This document shows, one piece after another, positions 18,552 through 26,235 of a stretch of 64,000 nucleotides of DNA (the stretch's first letter is position 1; the number at the start of each line of letters is the position of its first letter). Both the position numbers and the translations under genes were made by a program. Under the pieces are notes generated by a model that saw only the letters and a program-made list of their open reading frames with translations, had not been told where the DNA came from and did no database searches. The stretch spans positions 1 through 64,000 of the IMG/VR virus record IMGVR_UViG_3300035670_000138; one strand, written 5' to 3'. This stretch comes from a virus. Taxonomy: Duplodnaviria > Heunggongvirae > Uroviricota > Caudoviricetes.

Positions 18552-18732
18552 AATGCTAAAAGCCATACATGAAGCTTTAATGGATTATAAATTTAGAGAT
18601 GCTATAACTGGAGAAACATATTATACTGCTGATGATATTTTAGAAATAGTAGAATCTCTAGGAATGTTGCCTCCCCACGTTTTGGGAGCTAAACATTGGG
18701 ATGAGGATAACTATTGGGAGCCAGAAGAATAA
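18538..18732 (+). CDS. MKRSEM-family protein B (64 aa)
   Basis: It starts MKRSEM.., contains LGMLPP and ends YWEPEE. Its first 18 nt are identical to those of protein A. Confidence 0.45.
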   Translation: MKRSEMLKAIHEALMDYKFRDAITGETYYTADDILEIVESLGMLPPHVLGAKHWDEDNYWEPEE

Positions 18733-18953
18733 TGTTTATTGAACACTTTTTAACACCAATAGATGATTTGGAAGCTTTCTGTGAAAAATATGGTTTACAA
18801 GTAGACGAATACCCTTGTAAAAAATGTGGAAATATATTAAAAACAGATACTCCTTTTGTAACAAAAGAAATGCGAGGGTTGTATGCTAAGGAGTGTACTT
18901 GTGGCAACAAGAATACTCCTTTTAGTTACGTTATTGTAGAGGTGGAAAAATAA
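18732..18953 (+). CDS. small zinc-ribbon protein (CKKCG...CTCG)
   Basis: ORF with a Cys4 pattern. Confidence 0.4.
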   Translation: MFIEHFLTPIDDLEAFCEKYGLQVDEYPCKKCGNILKTDTPFVTKEMRGLYAKECTCGNKNTPFSYVIVEVEK

Positions 18954-18962
18954 GGAACCAAA

Positions 18963-19778
18963 ATGAACCAATACTCCGAATTAGTCAAAGATGTATTATA
19001 TAACGGCATTGAATCAAAAGACAGAACAGGTACCGGAACACTATCAGTATTTGGTCGCCAAGTTAGATATGACTTATCTAAGGGATTCCCACTTCTCACA
19101 TTAAAAAAGACATATTGGAAAGGTGTGCTAGTTGAACTACTGTGGATAATGAAAGGTAGTACAAATACTTCATTCTTGCAGAAGCATAATATTACTATAT
19201 GGGACGAATGGCAAGACTCCAACGGAGATCTAGGTCCTGTATACGGCAAACAATGGAGGAATTGGGATGGTAGGGATCAACTACAAGCTTTAATCTATGA
19301 CATTAAAAATAATCCGGATTCTCGAAGATTAATAATCTCAGCATGGAATGTCGGAGAATTAGACAAGATGGCTTTACCTCCCTGTCATTCTTTTGTTCAG
19401 TTCTATGTTCGTAATGGTAAACTAAGCTGTCAATTATATCAGAGATCTGCGGACTTATTCTTGGGAGTTCCTTTCAATATAGCGTCATACGCCTGTTTGA
19501 CGTATTTAATTGCTCATGAATGTGGACTAGAAGTTGGAGAATTTATCCATACATTCGGAGATCTACACTTGTATTTAAACCATATAGATCAAGCTAAGGA
19601 AGTTATTACTAGAGAAGAGTATCCTCTTCCTACTTTAAGTATAAACATACCTCAAGGAAAATTACTAGATTTTATAGACAATCAAGTAGAAAATATGAGT
19701 TGGGGAGATATTTCCAAAAGAATTGTCTTGCAAAATTATAAATCACATGCTACTATAAAAGCGGAGGTTAGTATATGA
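18963..19778 (+). CDS. thyA: thymidylate synthase (ThyA, folate-dependent)
   Basis: Similarity to ThyA runs the full length. Examples are DRTGTGTLSVFG, GDLGPVYGKQWR, the active site ALPPCH, FNIASY (the Asn gives dUMP specificity) and GDLHLY. Confidence 0.9.
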   Translation: MNQYSELVKDVLYNGIESKDRTGTGTLSVFGRQVRYDLSKGFPLLTLKKTYWKGVLVELLWIMKGSTNTSFLQKHNITIWDEWQDSNGDLGPVYGKQWRNWDGRDQLQALIYDIKNNPDSRRLIISAWNVGELDKMALPPCHSFVQFYVRNGKLSCQLYQRSADLFLGVPFNIASYACLTYLIAHECGLEVGEFIHTFGDLHLYLNHIDQAKEVITREEYPLPTLSINIPQGKLLDFIDNQVENMSWGDISKRIVLQNYKSHATIKAEVSI

Positions 19779-19893
19779 AGATTAAACCGCCGAAAGTTAG
19801 ACTTCCTATTGCTAACAAACCTAACTCTACTCACAAAGATAAGAGTAAGTATAATAGGAAGAGAGATAAGAAGGATAGAGAAAGGACTAGAGA

Positions 19894-20391
19894 ATGAGAA
19901 TGTCTCCATTTTCAGCAGTGCTAAGAATATTACTATTATTTAGTATTGTAAATAGCTGTGCTAGATTAAGTAAAATGGTCAGAATAGAGCCAACTCATAA
20001 TGGAATAGATCCTCGACTATCTTCGTATGTATCAGAAGTAAAACGACTGTCTAAAGGATGCTTAGGTAATGTTAAATATGCTGCGATAACTAATTTGAGT
20101 GAACAGTACGATCAAAGTCTCGCAGGAATGGCTAGTTATGTACTGCCTAATTTTAAACATCAGATAGAATTAGACGACTATTACTGGAAGAGAGTATCTC
20201 ATATACCGAGATTACTGACAGTAGCTCATGAACTATATCATATTGAAAATACTTACTTCTATCATATAAACGAAGTTGACGAATGGGGATGTGCTAAGCA
20301 TTTTATGTTCCATCAAGTTCAATCGTATTGGTGCGATGTATTTAACTTTGAAAAGTATGTTAAACAAATGCAGGATTGTCACGATGAGTAA
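19894..20391 (+). CDS. secreted protein with an HExxH zinc-metallopeptidase-like motif (VAHELYHIEN)
   Basis: A signal-like N-terminus MRMSPFSAVLRILLLFSIVNSCA is followed later by the HELYH motif. The motif alone is weak evidence. Confidence 0.3.
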   Translation: MRMSPFSAVLRILLLFSIVNSCARLSKMVRIEPTHNGIDPRLSSYVSEVKRLSKGCLGNVKYAAITNLSEQYDQSLAGMASYVLPNFKHQIELDDYYWKRVSHIPRLLTVAHELYHIENTYFYHINEVDEWGCAKHFMFHQVQSYWCDVFNFEKYVKQMQDCHDE

Positions 20392-20713
20392 GTATTTAGG
20401 TAAAAGAGTAAAGATTAACAAAACAGGTGAAACTGGAATTATAGTAGCGTTTGATAACTATGACGGAGATTATGTTTTTATATATGACGATCGTGATTAC
20501 AACCCAGATTCTGTTTTTATAGATGCCGACGATTATATATTTATTGGTAGCGGAGTTATTAGAGTAGATAATATAATGGATTATTTACGTAGAGAATATG
20601 ATTGGTTTTATTCTGTGGAATTTACCCCAATTAAATTATACCCTAATACGGAATTATTCAAAAAGTTATATCCTAACGGTACTGAAAAAGAAGGATTTTG
20701 GGAGGTTTGTTAG
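20384..20713 (+). CDS. YPNG-tail family member 5 (...KLYPNTELFKKLYPNGTEKEGFWEVC)
   Basis: It starts at an ATG with SD ggtaaaag. The C-terminal module is present. Confidence 0.55.
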   Translation: MSKYLGKRVKINKTGETGIIVAFDNYDGDYVFIYDDRDYNPDSVFIDADDYIFIGSGVIRVDNIMDYLRREYDWFYSVEFTPIKLYPNTELFKKLYPNGTEKEGFWEVC

Positions 20714-21072
20714 TGACAGAAGTTGAAGCAAAAAAATATATAGGTAAAAAAATTAAATGTACGATTAGACCACTTGTTGAAGGTATCGTTGTTGGATTTT
20801 CAATGAAGGAACAGGATTTTTTAATAGCACCACCCTTTCGAAAAATTTCTATTTCATTAGATGAATTTGTAAATGATATACACTCTAAACTTTATGGAAA
20901 TGAATCATATTGGTTTGATTTTGATTTATGTGACAAATTCAAGAATAGTGAATATGACTTTATACGGTTCGATAACGTGATATTATTATCTAAGTTTTAT
21001 CCTAACTCTACGTTATTTAAAACTATATATCCTAACGGTACTGAAGAAGATGGATTTTGGAGGGTAGATTAA
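20713..21072 (+). CDS. YPNG-tail family member 6 (...KFYPNSTLFKTIYPNGTEEDGFWRVD). GTG start
   Basis: The GTG lies 7 nt after the GGAGG encoded by member 5's FWEV codons. Confidence 0.55.
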   Translation: MTEVEAKKYIGKKIKCTIRPLVEGIVVGFSMKEQDFLIAPPFRKISISLDEFVNDIHSKLYGNESYWFDFDLCDKFKNSEYDFIRFDNVILLSKFYPNSTLFKTIYPNGTEEDGFWRVD

Positions 21073-21075
21073 GTT

Positions 21076-21468
21076 ATGAAATATAAATTGTTAAACACAG
21101 ACATATTATATTCCAAATCTGAGTTTAAAAAACTATACAGTATGTTAGGTAAAAAATACTTAATAGATGAATCTATAGTTAAGGTTGTAGGTTTAGATCT
21201 TGATGATAACGATTTGCTTTGCGTGGATGCAAATTCAAAACTTGACGAAACCCATTCGGAATATTCTTTTTTTAACGTTTATAATAATAAAAAAAATTAT
21301 AACATAATATTTGCTATTGATTCTGTTAAATTTGAACTAAATGAATGGGATTGGCATTATGGATCACACCTAGTTCCTTATGTGAAAAAATATCCCAAAA
21401 CTAAGCTATTCAAAAAGTTATACCCTCAAGGTAAATCTGTAAAAGGATTTTGGGAAGTCGAACAATGA
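21076..21468 (+). CDS. YPNG-tail family member 7 (...KKYPKTKLFKKLYPQGKSVKGFWEVEQ)
   Basis: The ATG follows the ggaggg embedded in member 6's tail codons. Confidence 0.55.
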   Translation: MKYKLLNTDILYSKSEFKKLYSMLGKKYLIDESIVKVVGLDLDDNDLLCVDANSKLDETHSEYSFFNVYNNKKNYNIIFAIDSVKFELNEWDWHYGSHLVPYVKKYPKTKLFKKLYPQGKSVKGFWEVEQ

Positions 21469-21686
21469 ATATAATTGAGAAAACCACTAGTACTTGTTAC
21501 TATAAGATAGATCTTTTATTCCCTAAGTTTATAATTCACAAGAAAGTAAATAGTGAATTTGGAGAATGTTACATAACTAAATTTGATTTATCAACAAAAT
21601 TAATGTTGCAAGATTACGAAAAACGTGTTATAATAGATTTTAGAATCCTCGGATTTGGTATACGAGGATATTTTAGTTGGAGTTAA
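21465..21686 (+). CDS. hypothetical protein (73 aa)
   Basis: The ATG follows the gggaag in member 7's tail codons. Confidence 0.35.
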   Translation: MNIIEKTTSTCYYKIDLLFPKFIIHKKVNSEFGECYITKFDLSTKLMLQDYEKRVIIDFRILGFGIRGYFSWS

Positions 21687-21842
21687 CCACTATGAAATAT
21701 TTTATTAACGTAATGAAGAATGGTAGAATCTTGGTAAAAAGTCATGATACTGGAGATACTAAAATATGCTCCAAACTAGAAGACGCTATAAACTTTATTA
21801 AAGAACAAGAAAGCAAAGATGAAGAATCTAAGGAGAAAATTT

Positions 21843-22790
21843 ATGAGTAGACCTGTAGAATGGGATAAGAAAATTATCGAAATGATAAAAGCTATGTATG
21901 CTAGATTTAGCTATAAAGAGATAGCTGACGCTGTTAACAAAGCTTTTGGTACAGAACACTCTCCAAATGCTATAAGAAAGGTTCATGAAAGGTATTATGT
22001 TGATCCCAAGCCTGAACATACATTTGCTAAGCCTAAAGTTCTATTAATTGACATTGAGACAAGTCCCATTATTGCTGCGGTATGGGCGGTCGGAGGAAAG
22101 CCTCAACACGTTCCTCTGGAGAATAAAATTAAAGATTGGGCTATCCTAAGTTTTTCAGCTAAATGGTTTGATAAAAAACCTGTAATGTATATGGACACTA
22201 GTAAAAAAGCAGATCCTTATGATGATAAAGAGTTATGTTTAAAGCTTAAAGAGTTATTAGATGAGGCTGATATTGTAATCTCACAAAACGGAAGAAAATT
22301 CGACGTTCCTAAAATCAATGCTCGACTTTTCGAACATAAAATCCCTAAGCCTACTAGTTTTAGACATATAGATACTTATTTAATTTCAAGATCACACTTT
22401 GCCTTTACTAGTAATAAGCTTGCATATTTAACATCTAAGTTTACTAAACATGAGAAACTTAAACACTCGAAATTTCCGGGAATATCTCTATGGTTGGAAT
22501 GTTGCTTGAATAAAAACAAGAAAGCATTTGCTGAAATGAAGAAGTATAATGTGATGGATACTGTAGTTTTACAGGAAATCTATGAATTACTAGCTCCTTG
22601 GGATAATTCTCTAAATTTTACAATGTATGGAGATAAAGAAACTTGCTCTTGCGGTAATTCTGAATTTAAAGCTTCAGGGTATTACTATACTAACTCTTGC
22701 GTATATCAGAAGTTTCAATGTACTAAATGTGGTAAAGAATATAGAGATAAGAAGAACTTAAAAACTTCAAGATTTGCGAATATAAAGTAA
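21843..22790 (+). CDS. RNase-H-fold 3'-5' exonuclease (PolB-exonuclease-like, RNase_H_2 type) with a C-terminal zinc ribbon
   Basis: SD taaggag precedes the ATG. Motifs are LLIDIETSP (Exo I-like DxE) and ISQNGRKFDVP (Exo II-like). The C-terminus has CSCG...CTKCG. Confidence 0.45.
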   Translation: MSRPVEWDKKIIEMIKAMYARFSYKEIADAVNKAFGTEHSPNAIRKVHERYYVDPKPEHTFAKPKVLLIDIETSPIIAAVWAVGGKPQHVPLENKIKDWAILSFSAKWFDKKPVMYMDTSKKADPYDDKELCLKLKELLDEADIVISQNGRKFDVPKINARLFEHKIPKPTSFRHIDTYLISRSHFAFTSNKLAYLTSKFTKHEKLKHSKFPGISLWLECCLNKNKKAFAEMKKYNVMDTVVLQEIYELLAPWDNSLNFTMYGDKETCSCGNSEFKASGYYYTNSCVYQKFQCTKCGKEYRDKKNLKTSRFANIK

Positions 22791-22801
22791 TTGAGGTACT
22801 T

Positions 22802-23377
22802 ATGAGTAATAAGCTAAACGATATAGTCGAACTCGCTCATGACTATCATATAAACTTATCCACTAAGACTACGTGGATTACTGGCGAAATTGATGAAGAA
22901 CAAGCCGATAGGTTAAGTAAGAACTTGTCAATTCTAGACAGTAATCAAAACAATAAGCCTATAACTATAATACTAGATTCGTCGGGTGGAGAAGTTAATC
23001 AGGGGCTTAGAATGTACAATCTTATATGTAATTGTACGAACGTGGTAAGGATTATTGTCGAGGGTAAGGCTGAATCTATGGCTAGTATTATACTACAAGC
23101 CGGAGATGAAAGGATTATGTTTGCAGACTCTCATTTAATGCTACATATAGGTACTGAAGCATTTGCCGAAGATCACCCTGAGAATGTTAAAAGATGGAAA
23201 GCTAAGGCAGAAATTGACACAAAAAGAACAGAAGACATATACTTAAGTCGGATTAAAGAAAAAAAGAAAAAATTTACAAGAAATCAGTTGAAAGAAATGT
23301 TAAACTTTGATACAATATTATCACCAAAGGAAGCAATGGAGCTTGGATTGGTAGATAGGATTGAAACAAATGTATAG
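22802..23377 (+). CDS. ClpP-family (S14) serine peptidase
   Basis: The segment ITIILDSSGGEVNQGLRMYN matches the ClpP oxyanion region. GKAESMAS carries the catalytic Ser and MLHIGT the His. Confidence 0.6.
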   Translation: MSNKLNDIVELAHDYHINLSTKTTWITGEIDEEQADRLSKNLSILDSNQNNKPITIILDSSGGEVNQGLRMYNLICNCTNVVRIIVEGKAESMASIILQAGDERIMFADSHLMLHIGTEAFAEDHPENVKRWKAKAEIDTKRTEDIYLSRIKEKKKKFTRNQLKEMLNFDTILSPKEAMELGLVDRIETNV

Positions 23378-23717
23378 CGAAAATGAAATCCTCGTATTAG
23401 TTGAAGACATAGGCGAAGAAGGTACTGATAAGTTCATTGCAAAAGGAACTGAGGTTATCTTTCTAAAAGTAATTGACAATCCTGCAGACCTTAGTAAAGC
23501 TATGGTTCATATAAAGCACGGTAAAAGAGGTCTAGTTGTTCCGGAAATAGCAGTTACGCCTAAAGATCGTAAGAAGCTAGTTAAAGCGTTAGACGAGTTT
23601 AACAAAGCGTTTCTAGAGCAAAATCCTGACCTTAAAAGGTATCACCCAAATATAATTTTAAGATACTATTATAGATTTATTCACTTCATCAAAGGATTGA
23701 TAAATGGACGAAATTAA
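23370..23717 (+). CDS. hypothetical protein (115 aa)
   Basis: ORF overlapping the ClpP stop. Confidence 0.4.
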   Translation: MYSENEILVLVEDIGEEGTDKFIAKGTEVIFLKVIDNPADLSKAMVHIKHGKRGLVVPEIAVTPKDRKKLVKALDEFNKAFLEQNPDLKRYHPNIILRYYYRFIHFIKGLINGRN

Positions 23718-23967
23718 GTATGTTAGATGGAAAAAACCTACCGATTTAAGAAGTAAATTCACTAAGGGAAAGAAGTATAGAGTTGAAATTCGATCTGCTA
23801 ATAGGATCAATATTTACGACGATGTTGGCAATTCTCGCCATTGTAATTTTGATGTTATTGAACAATACTTCGATTTATTCGATTATTTGCCAAATACTAA
23901 GTTATTTAGAGAATTACATCCAAATGCGTCTGTTGAGGGAAATAAACTTAAAGTATTAATTAAGTAG
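23704..23967 (+). CDS. YPNG-tail family member 8 (...DYLPNTKLFRELHPNASVEGNKLKVLIK)
   Basis: The C-terminal module is present. Confidence 0.5.
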   Translation: MDEIKYVRWKKPTDLRSKFTKGKKYRVEIRSANRINIYDDVGNSRHCNFDVIEQYFDLFDYLPNTKLFRELHPNASVEGNKLKVLIK

Positions 23968-23975
23968 GGGAATGT

Positions 23976-24245
23976 ATGAATATTAAAGTTGGAGATAAAA
24001 TCCGTTGGATATATTTAGAACATCGTAAAGATTTAACAATGAATAATGTATATACAGTTAATAGAGTAGAAAACAACGAAATATGGTTTCGTGACGATGG
24101 TGAGTGGGAACGCTTTGTGTACGACTATCAATTTCCTAATTGTTTTGAACTAGTTAACAAGTATTATCCTAATACTAGTTTATTTAGAAAACTGTATCCA
24201 GAAGGTAAAGAACAAGGTAAATTTATAGAGGTAACTCGTGAATAA
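23976..24245 (+). CDS. YPNG-tail family member 9 (...KYYPNTSLFRKLYPEGKEQGKFIEVTRE)
   Basis: SD gtagggg precedes the ATG. The C-terminal module is present. Confidence 0.55.
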   Translation: MNIKVGDKIRWIYLEHRKDLTMNNVYTVNRVENNEIWFRDDGEWERFVYDYQFPNCFELVNKYYPNTSLFRKLYPEGKEQGKFIEVTRE

Positions 24246-24276
24246 TTCTCCAAAAAAGTATAATAAAGGTAAACCT

Positions 24277-24594
24277 ATGATGAGTTTGATTCGTCCTGAA
24301 TTTCAAAAAGGATTGGCATCAGCTTTAACATATGGATATGAAAAGTATGGCGAGAGAAGAGGTGCTATCCAAAACTATTTAAAAGGGGAAGGATTTCATT
24401 ACTCTACAATATACGACTCTCTACAGAGACATTTAGGTGAGTGGTGGAGTGGTAATGATTTAGATGAAGAAAGTAAGATACATCATTTATATATGGCTGC
24501 GGCTAATCTTATGTTTTTAGCGACATATGAAATGTGTGATAAGGGAATTGACGATAGAATAAGCTTGGAGGATGAAGATGAAGTTGAAGATTAA
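24277..24594 (+). CDS. dATP/dGTP diphosphohydrolase N-terminal-domain-like protein (phage nucleotide-pool enzyme)
   Basis: The pattern LIRPEFQKGLASALTYGYEKYGERRG...LQRHLGEWWSGNDLDEESKIHHLYMAAANLMFLATYE resembles the phage dGTP_diPhyd_N family. I call this from memory. Confidence 0.35.
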   Translation: MMSLIRPEFQKGLASALTYGYEKYGERRGAIQNYLKGEGFHYSTIYDSLQRHLGEWWSGNDLDEESKIHHLYMAAANLMFLATYEMCDKGIDDRISLEDEDEVED

Positions 24595-25018
24595 ATTACT
24601 AAGTGAAAATGCAATAGTACCTGAATATAAAACCGAAGGTGCATCAGGGTTTGACTTTCATGCATTAGAGGATATATCAATATCTGCAGGACAGACAAAG
24701 CTGATAAAAACTGGACTATCTTTTGAAATTCCTAAAGGGTATGAACTACAAGTAAGACCTAGATCAGGGTTAAGTTTAAATACTAAGCTAAGAGTTTCTA
24801 ATTCTCCGGGAACTGTGGATCACGATTTTCGAGGCGAGGTATGTATAATTATGGATAATATCAGTGGTGCAGAAAGCGTTTTTTCAACAATAAAAATCAA
24901 AAAAGGAGATAGAATAGCTCAAGGGGTTATTTGCCCCGTAGTTAGAGCGGAATTTGATGTAGTAAATGATTTAAGTGAAACTAAAAGGGGTTCTGGAGGA
25001 TTTGGTTCTACTAACTAA
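24578..25018 (+). CDS. dut: dUTP diphosphatase (trimeric dUTPase)
   Basis: dUTPase motifs are GASGFDF, RPRSGL, GTVDHDFRGEV and a C-terminal RGSGGFGSTN. Confidence 0.85.
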   Translation: MKLKIKLLSENAIVPEYKTEGASGFDFHALEDISISAGQTKLIKTGLSFEIPKGYELQVRPRSGLSLNTKLRVSNSPGTVDHDFRGEVCIIMDNISGAESVFSTIKIKKGDRIAQGVICPVVRAEFDVVNDLSETKRGSGGFGSTN

Positions 25019-25027
25019 AGGATTAAA

Positions 25028-25417
25028 ATGAAACCTAAAAAGGTTCCTAGAAGAGAAGAAAAAGACGGACAATTAGATAAACTAAAAAATAGAGTGAGAA
25101 ATTTAGAAAAGGAAAATCACAGATTAAAATCTGAATTAAGAACATATGAACAGGCGTTTAAAAATACGACTAAATTTTTAAGAGATAATACTAAAGAGAT
25201 TAGCCTAGAAAAGCTAATAGATGCTGCGAAAAAAGGCGACTCATTAAAACAAGTTAGAGATAGCGAAGTTAAAAAAACATGTAAATTTTGCTTCTCAACT
25301 AACATTCATGTTGGCACTATACCGTCAGGTAAAATGATAATGTGTAGAGATTGTAGTAAAACGGAGGTAGAAAGAAATGATCGAGGGCAAATTAGCGAAC
25401 CAGATTCCGAGATGTAA
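25028..25417 (+). CDS. hypothetical coiled-coil protein with a Cys cluster (129 aa)
   Basis: ORF with the Cys pattern CKFCFS...CRDC. Confidence 0.4.
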   Translation: MKPKKVPRREEKDGQLDKLKNRVRNLEKENHRLKSELRTYEQAFKNTTKFLRDNTKEISLEKLIDAAKKGDSLKQVRDSEVKKTCKFCFSTNIHVGTIPSGKMIMCRDCSKTEVERNDRGQISEPDSEM

Positions 25418-25625
25418 GTTTAACACTAAATGTGAGAAATGTAATAAAATATTATCGTTTCCTAAAATAGATCACATTGTCGGAGAATCTAACACATATT
25501 ATGTATATAACTATCTAGATACTTCTAACTTCATATATGAGACTAGTTCAGGAAGTTCAGTTGTATACTGTAGTAAATATTGTCGCAATAAACATAACCA
25601 TAGGTTTAAAAATGCCAATAAGTAA
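25377..25625 (+). CDS. small Cys-rich protein (82 aa)
   Basis: ORF with CKFNTKCEKCN...CSKYC. Confidence 0.35.
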   Translation: MIEGKLANQIPRCKFNTKCEKCNKILSFPKIDHIVGESNTYYVYNYLDTSNFIYETSSGSSVVYCSKYCRNKHNHRFKNANK

Positions 25626-26016
25626 TAAAGTCCATTTAAAGAATAAAATCATAATGAAGCTACGCCAAATGACTTGGGAATGGCAACCTATTGTCAATGC
25701 TGAGAAGAGAACTAAGGTAGATAAGGCAACTAATGAATGTGAGTTGTGCGGGACATATGTATATACTGGATCTAGTAAAAAGAGTCACGAAGCTTTGATT
25801 GAGAAATATCCCGATAGAAATGTTATAATGGGGACTCTATACAAAGACCATATAAATCCTGTAGTTCCTATAGGTAAAACTCAGCAAGAAATGACTTATG
25901 ATGAAATTGTCGACAGTTTATTTTGCGAAGAAGATAATATTCAATGTATTTGTAAACAATGTCACGATATTAAGAGTAAGTCTGAAAATATTCAAAGAAA
26001 AGACTTGAAAAAATAA
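25612..26016 (+). CDS. HNH endonuclease-like protein
   Basis: The Cys/His pattern CELCG...KDHINPVVPIGKT...CICKQCHDIKS fits an HNH core. Confidence 0.45.
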   Translation: MPISNKVHLKNKIIMKLRQMTWEWQPIVNAEKRTKVDKATNECELCGTYVYTGSSKKSHEALIEKYPDRNVIMGTLYKDHINPVVPIGKTQQEMTYDEIVDSLFCEEDNIQCICKQCHDIKSKSENIQRKDLKK

Positions 26017-26043
26017 TATTTATTTGTTAATATAAAACTAGGT

Positions 26044-26235
26044 ATGTATAACTTTATACTATTTTATATTTATTTTGCGAGAATCATGACAAACGAATCA
26101 GTAAATTATGTTGAACCAATTCCTGTTGATAAATGTGAGTATTATGTTTGTCAATCTAGTACATATAGAGAGTGTCTAAAAGAGGAAATTGACTATAGGA
26201 TTCTTGAATGTTCTAACATAAGGATAGAAAAATAA
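26044..26235 (+). CDS. hypothetical protein (63 aa)
   Basis: ORF. Confidence 0.3.
   Translation: MYNFILFYIYFARIMTNESVNYVEPIPVDKCEYYVCQSSTYRECLKEEIDYRILECSNIRIEK

Noticed and set aside
20698-20712. The TTG at 20698 that the ORF track uses as the start of YPNG-tail family member 6.
   Set aside because: It has no spacing from an SD. The GTG at 20713, 7 nt after GGAGG, is the far better start. The same reasoning moved several track starts to internal ATG or GTG codons: 5886, 9775, 10356, 16543, 17031, 17426, 17862, 18255, 18732, 20384, 21465, 21843, 23370, 24277, 24578, 25612, 26848 and 53123.
22802-23377. Interpreting the early-region ClpP-like gene as the prohead protease.
   Set aside because: It lies about 40 kb from the capsid and scaffold genes on the opposite strand among early genes. 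The location argues against it, although it cannot be excluded.
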